Shown here: positions 26,684 through 37,985 of the stretch, in pieces
Numbering within the stretch: the first letter of the stretch is position 1
Layout of the letters: each line of letters begins with the position of its first letter
Assembly (NCBI RefSeq): GCF_004010195.1
Contig: NC_057730.1
Coordinates: forward strand, 32,552,585 to 32,616,584
Reading direction: 5' to 3'
DNA length: 64,000 nt
Source of the DNA: Chiloscyllium plagiosum
Taxonomy: Eukaryota
Translations under genes and position numbers: made by a program
Notes under the pieces: model-generated
What the model saw: the letters and a program-made list of their open reading frames with translations, nothing else
Databases searched by the model: none
What the model was told of the DNA's origin: nothing

Positions 26684-27379
26684 TGTTATGAAGATGTGGG
26701 TGTACGATACCTTTAAGAGAGTAAAAACAAGCAGTGACAGTGCCAAGTGTTCTCAATAAGATACAATGTAACATGTGCTCCAGCTACTGGGGTAGCTCGT
26801 TGCCTGGAAAAGATAAAACAACTCTAATTCGGCCAATCAGTTTAAATTATACTCCAAAATAAAAACGAATTCCAATCATATTTGAATTGAGTATATTGAC
26901 AAAAGCCACTGACAATCCGATTGTTGGGGTATAAGACTGGGGTAAATTGAACCCGGGGGGGAATCTACCATCACACCAACAGCTGTAGACTGCTCGTCAG
27001 AACTCTCTGAGAGATACCTGTCTAGAGAAGGAGTTTGCACAGAGAGAAACCTCAATACTAACCTGGAGAGACAATCTAGCAGTGAAGATAAAGAGAAGAT
27101 TCAGCCGCCGGCTGATTTTAAAATTTGAATTTTCCTGTAAATTTTAATTGAGAGTTTTATCGGACTAGTATTATCGAATGGAAGGTAAAGATAGGTTAGA
27201 GAAAGGAAGTGTAAATAGTTATGAGTTAATTATTCTCTTATACTTTAAGAAATAAAGTTGTTAATTTTTACTTTAAATCATTCTTGGCCTCTCGAATTTT
27301 CACAGATTACTGCACAGGATAAATCTTTTATGTGTTGCTAGTTTAAATTAAGCAGGAGGATTTACCCTGTGTCATAATA
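26684..27379 (+). repeat. 3' LTR
   Basis: Starts TGTTATGA immediately after the polypurine tract AAGGGGGAAGG, ends GTCATAATA. Confidence 0.9.
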
Positions 27380-27716
27380 GGCAGGGAATATTTTGTGTAG
27401 ATAATCAAATGCCAGATAATATAGTTTAGCCAAGCATCGTCACCTTGCGCTCTTGTTCGGATAATCCGAAATTTGGATAGTCGAATACCGGATAATCGAG
27501 GTTCCTCTGTGTAGAGGCTCGTTTGAAGAATGTGCACATCTGTCAGTGACCTCTATGATTTCACAATATGCGCAGGTTGGAAGAGGCTCATTATTGAGAA
27601 AATTTGTCCTGTGGAGCAGCCTTGATTGCTCTTGTGAAGTAGAGTTGCTCTTCAATAGCAATAGTTCTTTGTACTCATATTTGGAGTTTAAATAATTTTC
27701 TCACTTGTCTTTATAG

Positions 27717-27878
27717 AATCCATCAACCTCCTGTATTATTGACTTATGTACAGTATTCTGGATGGTGAAAGAGGCTAAAACATTATGCATTGCCTGTGCT
27801 TGTGAAACAGCAGTGTTCTTGTGGGCCCCACAGCAGCTAAACCAGTGGACTAATATCCATATGTGGGTCTTTGATAAA
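27717..27878 (+). CDS. PALB2: PALB2 exon 8 (WD40)
   Basis: NPSTSCIIDLCTVFW...CIACACETAVFLW...QWTNIHMWVFDK; 162 nt, like human exon 7. Confidence 0.95.
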
Positions 27879-28850
27879 GTAAGGATACCAGTTCTTCTTG
27901 TGCATTGCCTTAACTGATCTGACAATCTAGTATTCAGTGCTAAATAATTTATGTTGAACAGCGTTTGAATCATTACTTTAAATTCTGTCAGAATTTTTAA
28001 TGCCTTGTCAAAAATTGCAAAGTTTAAAGCCTTATTAATTTGTTTTCAAATATCTGCAAACATACATATGAAACCATTTAATAACAGTCTTCTACTTAGA
28101 ATGGGAAAAGATTGGAATGATGTGGTTAAAAACAGTGTTACAGTGCAATTGGTGCTACAGACTGAAACTTAACACTACTGTACCTATTGTCTCCTTGTTC
28201 TCCTCCCCTCATCCCAAAAGATCTTCTAGATTTGCCCTATATACCTGAAGTTCTCTCCCCTGAGGTTGGGAGAAGTCTTAATTCCATGTTCCCACCACAG
28301 GATCCTTAAGAAATGTTACACAATATATGTATGGATTTAAAAAAAAGAAAATTCTAACCTTAATTCACCAGACAGGATTAATATGGCAGGGGAGAGGAAT
28401 GTATTGCCTCCCCCTCATCTGAACCAGTGCCACTGAGTCAGCTGATAGATGACAGAAAAAAGCAGACCCGGGATCAGCTACTTTTGCCTTCTCAAGCACC
28501 TCGTCATCTTTTGTTTGTGAGAGGTTGGTAGGGATGTGCCCAGCAGAAGCCCAAATGTGATAAAGCGGCAATCAGGAATTTATCTGAGTCTTAAATCTAT
28601 TAAATGCTCCAATCTGGTTTTGCGTCACAAAAGTGGACAGCCTTTTCAGTTGGTTATGTTCAGTAGCCAGTTGACAACTGTTCGGCTTCATATACAGTTC
28701 ATATTGTGTTTTAGAGTCAAAGGTAATCAAAAAGTGTGCTAAAGCGAATGACTTGTTGTTATGATTAGTGACAATGAACAGGACCCTCCTATGTCTTTTA
28801 AAAAAATACTGATATTGCCTTGATGTGATTACACTTCCCCACTCTTGCAG

Positions 28851-28936
28851 GTTCCTATAATTGAACTCATCCCCATTCCAGATGCTGTGAACATCCTGTG
28901 TGTGGCCTTTGGAAATCTGGAGATAAGAGAAGTCAA
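28851..28936 (+). CDS. PALB2: PALB2 exon 9 (WD40)
   Basis: VPIIELIPIPDAVNILCVAFGNLEIREV; 86 nt. Confidence 0.95.
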
Positions 28937-30533
28937 GTAAGACAACAAAGCATATTGACAAAATCATGGAAAGAACTGATTGTTTACACTCTCAGTATTT
29001 TACAGAGAAGTGAGGGTTTGCACTACATTTAAAATTGTGGAGTAATTTTGTTTTCAGTATTAAGTGAGGTTACTGAGAGAGTCCTTCGCAGCCTCTCCTC
29101 TCACCCAGTGACCCTCAGGTTTAGCCACCACGAGTTGTCTCTCTCTAATGAGAAAGCAGCCCTAAGATGTTGTATGACAATGGTGACGTCACTTGAATTT
29201 TGTATCCTGACATGTTTTTTCCGAAGCTTGGTATTTTTGTGGTAATTAGACTTTCACGGACCAACTATTGTTATGACAAGGTGAGGAGAAACCCCTCCCT
29301 TCAGTCAGTTGCAACAAACTTTTTTTTTCTTTTTAGCATGCAAATACATCACATAAGATGTAATTATCTAGATCTAAATGAAGGAGCCAATTACAAGGTT
29401 TTCTTGAGTAAAAGAAAGAAGAACTTTATTATCGACTAACCCCAAGGAAAAAGTAATAAAATGTGACATTTCAACAAGCATATAAACATGAGCAATAAGT
29501 TTAAAAAACAGACTGTTACATACTGGGAGAACTAAAGTCATACAGTTTAAAAGCCCTCGGTATCTTTGAGGTGTTAGATTCTATTCCTGAGGCTATGATT
29601 GGTTAGTTATTGACCTGTTTCTGCATCAGTAACAGAATCTGTAAGTACTGTAGTTTTGAGTTCTCGGTGAATGGTTATTTCTCCAAGTTGCTTTTCCACC
29701 AGGTTCTGTTTTGCAATTTGATGAGAAAGAGTTAAAGTTGTAGCTGTTGTCACAAATGCATTTATCCTTCTTTCTGCCCTGCTGTTCAAAAACAGCTGTT
29801 GAAATGTAATTCAATGTGTATTTCAGAACCTAGCTCCATTGTCTTTCCAAATGGTTAACTGGATATGTTGGTTTTTCATCTCCCAATGTTTGAAATTATC
29901 ATGCACATTTGAATTAAATAGGAGATGTGAATTTCTTGAAGCTGATTCAGTTGCCTTGCCTGCTTTCACTGGCTTTTGTTGAAAATAGTAATTTCAGTGC
30001 ACTAGGTTTACTTATTGCACACAAGTCTCTTGAATAACTTTTCAATCTGTGGTCAAGTCATCCAGTGCAGCCATTTTAGTTCCATATTTTGTACTTTTTA
30101 AAAACCACTTTAATCTAAGAACTATTAGATACAATTAGCAATTAGCAATAGGAAGTTAAATTCATTGATCCATATTTACTATTTTGGTAACAATATTTTC
30201 ATAAAAATAATCAGTTGTGCAGTTTATTTTAGTTGGAATTGACTCTCACCCTTCCTTATATTATTCTTTGCACTACCAGTGTGTAGTGCATTGGAAAAGT
30301 GGGAAGTGGACTTAAATACTGCTAAGGTGTGAAACCAGAACAGAGGCTAGATATTTCTACATAATGGGGCAAGAATACAGATTTAGACCTTAAGACTGGA
30401 GTATAGGGGAGGTGGTGGCATAGTGGTAATGTACATGGAATAGTAATCTAGAGTCAGAGGTGAATGTTCATTGAATCCCACCATGACACAGGGGAAAATT
30501 TGATTAAAAAGAAAATCTAGGATTAAACATTGA

Positions 30534-31606
30534 CATAGAACATAGAAAAATACAGCGCAGTACAGGCCCTTTGGCCCCCGATGTTGCGCCGATCCAAGCC
30601 CACCTAACCTACACTAGCCCACTATCCTCCATATGCCTATCCAATGCCCGTTTAAATGCCCATAAAGGGGGGATCCAAGATAGCGGCGACCCAGTAAGAC
30701 TGAGTCTATAGTGCTCCTCCCAAGACTTGGGCACAGTGGGTCACCTACCCCCTACCAAGCTCACCAAATCATTTATAAATCATTTATAATAGTTTAGTAA
30801 CTCAATTAGTTGTGTAATATTATATTTAAACAACTTTATCCTAAGTTAAAATGACTAAAGGGAAAGGAGCCCGAGGCTCTCAGCAAGCAGGAACCCCTCC
30901 CCCACACTCTACAGCTGCAGCAGAGGCGTCCACAGCCGCCCCGGGAGACTTACCAACAGTAGCAAGTCTTGCAGAAATGCTTTCCAAGCTTGACTCGAAG
31001 ATCGATGCCTTTATCGTCAAATCCAGAAATCGTTGGGAGTCGCTCTCGGCCGCGCTGCAGAAGCACGACCGTGAAATTGAAGAAATTCAAAGCCGAGTCG
31101 GAGGGGCGGAGCTAAAGGCCGCGACCTCGGAGACAACCGCTCAATCGGCCGTGGATCAAGTCCGGACTCTCGAGCAGCGAGTCCGGACCTTGGAAAATCA
31201 TATTGACAACCTCGATAATCGAGGTCGNNNNNNNNNNNNNNNNNNNNNNNNNNNNNNNNNNCTAGTGACTGCACTCCAAGATGAACCTTTGCCATCAACT
31301 ACTATCCTCTGTCTTCTTCCAGCCAGCCAACTCCTAATCCAAACCTCCAACTCACCCTCAATGCCATACCTCCGTATTTTTTGCAGTAGTCTACCATGGG
31401 GAACCTTATCAAATGCCTTACTAAAATCCATATACACCACATCTACCGCTTTACCCTCGTCTACCTCCTTAGTCACCTTCTCAAAGAATTCAATAAGGTT
31501 TGTGAGGCATGACCTGCCCTTCACAAAACCATGCTGACTATCCTTGATCACATTATTCCTATCCAGATGTTCATAAATCCTATCCCTTACAATTCTCTTT
31601 AAGACC
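30534..31606 (-). mobile_element. CR1 LINE fragment (tail 30534-30667, RT 31262-31606)
   Basis: Reverse-strand TTCTATG tail repeats; minus [18 protein letters not shown]...[14 protein letters not shown]. Confidence 0.85.
30667..31227 (+). mobile_element. L1-clade LINE 5' end: 5'UTR + ORF1 N-terminus, runs into an N gap
   Basis: GGGGGGATCCAAGATAGCGGCG start; ORF from 30851 is a heptad coiled coil ending LENHIDNLDNRG (L1 ORF1p LENRSRR-like); CpGs retained. Confidence 0.75.
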
Positions 31607-32212
31607 TAATGACAACAATGAAACCATTGTTATATAAAAAGTCTATCTGTTTCACTCATGTCCTTTAGGGAAGGAAATCTGTCATCTAGCCTAAAGATGA
31701 GTCAAACCCACAGAAATGTGTTGACTCTGAAATGCCTTCTGAAATGTCCAAGCAAGATACTCAGTTGAAGTGCAGTCAGGGGCAACCATCAAATGCAGGC
31801 CTTGCTGGTGACACCCACATCCCTTCCATTGTGATGAATTTTATTAGTGTATTAAAAACTTCTTTTGAATAGAAAATTACTTTGCTTTTGCTTAAAATAC
31901 TGTGCTTCAAGCACTAAAAAGTTTTATTGTGTATCTAATCTGTGCTTGTACCTGCCATTGGTTACTTTTAATGCATGGGGTGCTTTGCTTGTACGTAAAA
32001 TGAATTGCACCAGATTTGTTTTTAATATTGTTTTGAAAAGTGGTGAACTATTCTATTCCCAGCACAGATCACCTTTCACATTTCATCAAATGCTTTTTGT
32101 GTATATAATCAACAAAAAAATTTTACCCAGAATATTAACTACAATTCTCATCATAGGCCAATTGGAAATGCAACCCAGCTGATTAATTTTTTTTCTATTG
32201 GCCTTTTTTAAG

Positions 32213-32371
32213 AGTATTGCACTCTGTTGAGAGAAACTGCTTGGAACACACCCTGCTGCAGACAGGAGATATAAATGCATTGCTTGGGCTGCCTGGAAGG
32301 AGGCTGGTCTGCTCTTGTGGCACACTTCAAAGTCAGTACATAGAATTGAACATCCTATCCAAAGAAGGAAG
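32213..32371 (+). CDS. PALB2: PALB2 exon 10 (WD40)
   Basis: LLQTGDINALLGLPGRRLVCSCGTLQSQYIELNILSKEG; phase 2-2. Confidence 0.93.
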
Positions 32372-33657
32372 GTCAGATTCATTAGTGTTTTTTCTCTGTG
32401 TTACTTGTTGGTTTGCTTTGCCTTGAGCTAAAAGAGGTACGCCATAATTTAAATGTTTATTTTGTGGGGATAAATAGGAGTCCTATTATTAATTAAAGCC
32501 CCAGCTATATGCATACCCCAGACTGAATCTTTACTCATTATTTTCCTTCAACTTTTTTGACTTCGCACTCAGGTCAATGCTAAAGGCAGATAGTAAATAA
32601 CATTTCATTACAACACCAAGTAATAGCAAGAATTGACACCTACTAGTTCTGGTCCCTGTAAAGTTGATCAGTTTGTTTTTTGGGGAATATGATTCAACAG
32701 ATTCAATAAAACCCTTCGTGGACAAAGTGAGCATCTACCTCGAATGTGCTTCAAAGTCAAACCTTTAAATAAGCGAAGATAATTGAGATGTGAAGAAAAC
32801 CATTGTGAAATTTTGAAATTTATTTTTAAAGGATAAGCTGCTGAAAAACATTATAAAACTAAACCTGTTAGATTTTATGCAGTAATATGTAAAAGACTCC
32901 AGGATGGTAAAACCCGGGTTGATAGAATTACTGCCAATATTTTTTATTTAAATCTGTGACACCAAATTATTTCTCTGAGCAAAAGATCTCAATTATTTAT
33001 TCAGTCCCAGATTTTTGTTTCCTTGACTGAAATGAGAAGTATTACTCCAAATCCTCCAAATACAAAATAATTCCAGCATAGTAAAGCGAAATAGGATGGA
33101 TACAAAAACAAATCTTTCTCTTTTTGTGACAAAAGTATAATTTCATAGCAAGGCAATTGTGAAAATTGTAGTAAGCAAAAAATCTAGATTTGAATTTCTA
33201 CATAGAAATGTTTTCAACCCTTTACAATGTAGTTTAGCTTGTCAGCAATTAGCTGGAGATGTGACTGGAAAAGTTGTAAATTTTATTCCAGTCTAGTTAT
33301 AATATTTTTTAGACCTTACCAACTGTGATAAAATGAACTTTAACTATGCATTTCTTATACTCCATAGTAGAATGTTGTCACAAAACTTAATACTTGTTCA
33401 AAGACAAGTGATTCCAGTCTGATAATATAGACGTAAGTAATACAATCAAGCAAGATCCAGGAGACCACAGTTCCCTTGACTAATTACATCGTAACTCCTT
33501 TCCCAAACCCAATATTGGTTAAAGCCCATGAAGAGAGCCCGAGCTGCTGAATATTGTCTTTATAGAGCAAAGAGATAATGTAAGGGGAGGAGAAAAAAAT
33601 GTCACTTGAGTTAATAGCAGTTTTGTGATTTTTTTTTGCCTGAATTTTTGTGGTTAG

Positions 33658-33774
33658 GCGTGAACGATGTATGCAATTGGTTCCACCCAATGAGATGGTA
33701 CTAGCTTTCAGTGAAGTCAAAGGGGAGGCAGAAGCTTTGATTGGATCGACAATAATGAGCAATATTGTCATTTG
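33658..33774 (+). CDS. PALB2: PALB2 exon 11 (WD40)
   Basis: [33 protein letters not shown]; 117 nt. Confidence 0.95.
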
Positions 33775-34280
33775 GTAAGTACATGCTTCATTTAACTGGA
33801 TTAGAGAGTAGATGTACAAGTCATTTGTGAATTCATTCATTCATTTATCCATTTTTAGCCATGTCCAGTCTGACTGTTTCCTGTGACTAATTTGAACAAA
33901 GAGGCTGAAATTATTAATAAAAAATCTTGAAGTAATAAAAATGTTTAAAAAATGGTTCTTAATCCACTGTTGTTAAAGGATCTTGCTGTGCAAATAAAAT
34001 TTGCTACATATAATATACCAATATACTTAAAATGAATAAAATGTTTTCGATGCTACTTAGACATTTCGGACAGAAGTGGTAATTATCAACACAAAAGCAT
34101 TCTTTAAACTACTGAAAGTGTTTTAATCTAAGCCTTGTCACAGCCCCTCCTGCTGAACTCCTGTCCTTACTTTCTCTCTGCTTTGCCTCATTGTTCTAAT
34201 GATTCCGACATGAAACTATTCAGAGACTGTTGGTCAGGAGGGAAACTCTGTTCAGATTAACTTTTATTTATCTCTCTTAG

Positions 34281-34368
34281 GAACTTAAAGACTGGACATC
34301 TTCTGAAGAAAATCCATTTAAGTGAAAGCTACCCGGGCACTGTCTGCCAGAAGGCCTATTCAGAGTCT
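34281..34368 (+). CDS. PALB2: PALB2 exon 12 (WD40)
   Basis: NLKTGHLLKKIHLSESYPGTVCQKAYSES; 88 nt. Confidence 0.95.
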
Positions 34369-35572
34369 GTAAGGAGCAATATTTTTTATCTTTATTACTG
34401 CAAAAAGTGGTCCCAGGCTACTAATTTGTGCAGTTCAGAAAATGTTCGCTACACTAATAACAGAAATGATTGAATTGCCTTATAAGGAAAGCTTTCACAG
34501 GCAAGCTATTGTCTGCTGGAGTTTAGAAGTGTAAGTGGTGACTGGATTGAAATATAAAACCCTGAGGTTCTTGACAGAGTGCATGTGAAGAGGATGTTTC
34601 CTCCTGTGGGAGATTCCAGAGATGAGAATAATTATTTCAAAATAAGAAAATCTTTGTCACTCTCTTCCCCAAAAGATAGTAGAAGCAGAATGTTTGAATA
34701 TTTTTAAGCTACAGACCAATAGCTTTTTGATAAACAAAAGGGTCTAAGATTATAGGGATAGCTGGGAATATGGAGTAATCAAATCAACTATAATCTTATT
34801 GAATGGCAAATTAGGCTCAAGGAGCTGAGTGATTTATTTTGCTCCCATCTTATGCATTAATATCCTTAAAGGCATCCTTACCTGTCTGACCTACATGTGG
34901 CTTCAGAACAATTCCTGTTGACTTAATCTGCCCTTTATGCAAAAATACTGGCACAGCCAACAAAACCCACATCCCATGAGAAAATGGATAAATAAATAAA
35001 TACAGCAAAAGTGGACTGTTTGCTTTGAATAAACTGCATATGGCCGTACACCTATGGTGCAGTCTTCATAACCTTGGATGAATAACAATTATTTATTTAC
35101 ACTCTCTTTGCAATGTTGGTAAATGAGAACTTTACGAGGTCTGGACCAGTTGACTGGCCAACCATTTGATTAAATAACTTACAGCAATTACTCAAAATTC
35201 ACAACAGGACCCAATGCATCAGTGAGAGTTTAAAAGGCAAGTTAATTTTTGCATATCAATCCTCTAACAAATGTGAGGTTTGAACAGGGTTGATAGCTGA
35301 AATGTATTTTCCGTACTGTACAAATGCTGACTTTTATGGATATATTTTTAGAATCTGTAGTCTGTTTATCTTTGCAGCTGCATTTCTGTCCAAATTAAAT
35401 AATAAAGGCTACTGCTTTGAGTCTTACTGGAAAATGGCAGAATGCAGAAAATACAGAATGTAATCTACAGAGCAGTGATTTACCTACAATTAAGCAGGGG
35501 CTGTAACTGCAATTGAACAGAATTATGATTGCAGCTTCCAAAGCAGCAGTAAAAACTTGCAAAATAAAAATT

Positions 35573-36535
35573 TACAATGGATGAGTGGACACCGAACAAC
35601 AATCGCCAAACAGGGTGTTCCCTCGCAGTCAGGGAACACTTCAGCGGTCAAGGACATTCGGCTTTGGATCTTCAGGTGACTGACCTCCAAGGCAGACTTT
35701 GGGATGTGCAACAACGCAGAGTCGCCAAGCAGAGGCTGATAGCCAAATCCGGTACCCATGAAGAAGGCCTCAACTGGGTTCTTGGGTTCATGTCACAAGA
35801 CAGGTGACTCCACTACACCATACATATACACTCTTACACACGATCACAATCACGCAGACCCTCTCTCATACACGTGCTATCTCTCAGATACACACTGCCA
35901 CACTCAACATTCACGCACAGGCATATACTCCATCTCACGCACACACAAACACTTACCCCCCCCCCCCCCCCCCTCCACCCACACACACACACACTATCTC
36001 ACAGGTACACGCATGCATACACACACAAATCTTTGGGATGAATTTGTATTTGCTGATTTTTATTTGCGGATACATTCTATTTTGTTCAAAAAGCACACAA
36101 TCTGTAGACAGTCAGTCCATGTGACATTTTATAAATACCTACTTTGGAAGTAGAACCAGTCTGACTCAAGGTTGGAATATAGACAGACTAACCCCACACC
36201 TTTAATGCATTGTCTTGAGCTGAGATGTCACCTTTTTTAAACCTTAAGTTATTTCATGAATGTGACTTCTGGGATTTACAAAGTAATGAATCGAAACCTG
36301 CAACTCATTCTAAGTGATTAAAGACATAATTGCAATCTAGATTTGTTCAATACATCACACAGCTGTATGATACTTTGATCTTTTACTATACACTCTGTGT
36401 CGTATGATCCTGTCCCAGACGAAGGAGCAGCACTCCGAAAGCTTGTACTTCCAAATAAACCTGTTGGACTATAACCTGGGTGATTTTTAACTTTGTCCAC
36501 TCCAGTCCAACACTGGCACCTCTATCCACCTCCAT
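35573..36535 (+). mobile_element. Penelope-like 3' fragment with CA-rich tract and decayed hammerhead tail
   Basis: SLAVREHFSGQGHS...QRLIAKSGTHEEGLN (GIY-YIG C-terminus); CAGACGA-AGGAGCAGCACTCC-GAAAGCTT at ~36416-36445; near-perfect 13-bp flanking repeat 35560-35572 / 36536-36548. Confidence 0.8.
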
Positions 36536-36597
36536 CAAAGTAAAAATTGATAGTCCTTTTCAAATTAAAATATTTAATAATTAATTTTGTGTTTTAG

Positions 36598-36755
36598 GGC
36601 ATATTGTTTGTACTCTTCAGTCATCGGTATGTTGGCAATTGTGATGGATCTGGTGGAAATAGAGTCTGTGCTTTAAGAATGGTTGGTGTCAATCCTATGA
36701 ATGGTAAAAGTAGACCTGTCATGTCCTATATGCTTCCACTGGAATGCCACGGAAG
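36598..36755 (+). CDS. PALB2: PALB2 exon 13 (WD40)
   Basis: GILFVLFSH...LRMVGVNPMNGKSRPVMSYMLPLECHG; phase 0 to 2. Confidence 0.93.
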
Positions 36756-37648
36756 GTAAGATGCATTCTATATTGCATATAAATCAATGTCCTGCTTTGG
36801 GAAAGTCCCACTCAGTCCTCAGTGTTATGGGCCTCGACAGACTCAAAGTTCTCTGGTTCATTCCCCTGTTTGTTAAACTAGCAGGTCGCAACAGGGGGGA
36901 TTTCATTAGAATGCTTTCATCGTAAACATATGCTAATCCAGCTGTTCTGAAAAGGTTTCTGTTTAAGTGCTGTCCTCCTCAATTTGGTGCACAATTAAAC
37001 AAGTAAGCCTTCCAAGAAAACTAACTCTTGTCAATTCTGTGAATCTGAGTTGTACAGTTAGGCTATCTATATGAGATCTATGGATCCAGAATTAAGTAAA
37101 GTGAGAATCTGGTTCTGTGTCATATCAACCATCATCGTGGGCTTCCATTTTATAATCACATTCTTTGTGACTTTTTTAAAGTATCATTAAGCACAATCCC
37201 CAATTCTACTATCTGAAGCAGCAGAATTACTGGATAAACGAATGAGATCTTTATCTATCCAGCAATACAAAGCTCTAAAATAGATGACAGAAACAAATGA
37301 GACTTCAGTTGCTGACTGAAATCCCACTGTATTGCATTTGGAATGAAGCAGTACAAGAGATCGCTGTAATGACCATCCATTGGAAGAATCTAATTGACCT
37401 TCCTGATTTTGCAGTCAACTTAACTTTACACTCCTTTGAATTTGAAGGAAATTAAAATTGGGCACAGGTGTAAAGCAAGTTCCTGATCCAATCCATTTGA
37501 TCCCCTGCTGGGTATGTTAGTTTAAAATGACTCTTCCAAAATATGCTGCAATGTTTTATTTACTTAGCTCACTAACGGTAGCAGTGATAAAATAGCTATT
37601 TTTCTCTCATGTTTTTTTTCCTTTTAAATGTATTTATTTCTGGAACAG

Positions 37649-37880
37649 GTACCTTGTCGGAGGTGTGAAAGACCAGTCCATCGCAGCAATTGTAACCCCT
37701 GGAACCCTGATTCTTTGGGATGTACTTTCTGGCCACATCGCGACCATTCTACACCATGGCCCCAATGCATACTGGTCACTTTTCCACTGGGCAGAAGCCA
37801 ATTCCTGCCTCCTGGCCAGAAAGAATGACCAAACTGTATATATCTATAAATATGTGGGAACTGGAATGGATGAAGTATGA
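37649..37880 (+). CDS. PALB2: PALB2 last exon (WD40 C-terminus, stop)
   Basis: YLVGGVKDQSIAAIVTPGTLILWDVLSG...WSLFHWAEANSCLLARKNDQTVYIYKYVGTGMDEV*; summed exons 3951 nt = 1316 aa + stop. Confidence 0.95.
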
Positions 37881-37979
37881 TGGTATTACTGCATCAAGAC
37901 TGACGCAAGAAATGCGGCTTCTGCACCTATTTATTTATTTGAAATCTTTTACCTAATCAGTTGAATGAAAGCACCAAAT

Positions 37980-37985
37980 AATAAA
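37980..37985 (+). terminator. Candidate PALB2 polyadenylation signal
   Basis: AATAAA 100 nt after the stop, with a GT-rich tract downstream. Confidence 0.5.

Larger units (their letters stand above)
21216..27379 (+). mobile_element. Full-length decayed Ty3/Gypsy LTR retrotransposon, Gmr1-like (gag-PR-IN-RT-RH)
   Basis: Two LTRs; gag 22030-23200 with CCHC knuckle (HCSKVGHVKSQC); integrase 23889-24990 (HHCC region, SDQGSNF, SAYHPES); RT 25400-25900 (IIEPS..WSS.IVLVPKPDG, VYLDEV); RNase H 26150-26500; PPT 26673-26683; TSD GGCGG/GGCAG; many stops and frameshifts. Confidence 0.93.
21181..27509. mobile_element. ~160-bp pogo/Tigger-like MITE split by the LTR element (arms 21181-21215 and 27380-27509)
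   Basis: 20-bp TIR CAGAGGAACCTTGATTATCC vs revcomp of GGATAATCGAGGTTCCTCTG (1 mismatch); TA on the left flank, TG on the right. Confidence 0.8.
30410..31830 (+). mobile_element. tRNA-derived SINE interrupted by CR1 and L1 (SINE parts ~30410-30530 and ~31607-31830)
   Basis: Head GGTGGCATAGTGGTAATG, body GTCCTTTAGGGAAGGAAATCTG, tail GGCCTTGCTGGTGACACCCACATCCC; uninterrupted relative at ~62505-62840. Confidence 0.65.

Noticed and set aside
30851-31537. 228-aa ORF as a single protein
   Set aside because: L1 ORF1 start is joined across Ns to CR1 antisense; only 30851-31227 is meaningful.
35810-36030. His/Thr-rich ORFs (also 55540-55760 and 57790-58000)
   Set aside because: Translations of CA/GT microsatellite-like tracts in PLE tails.
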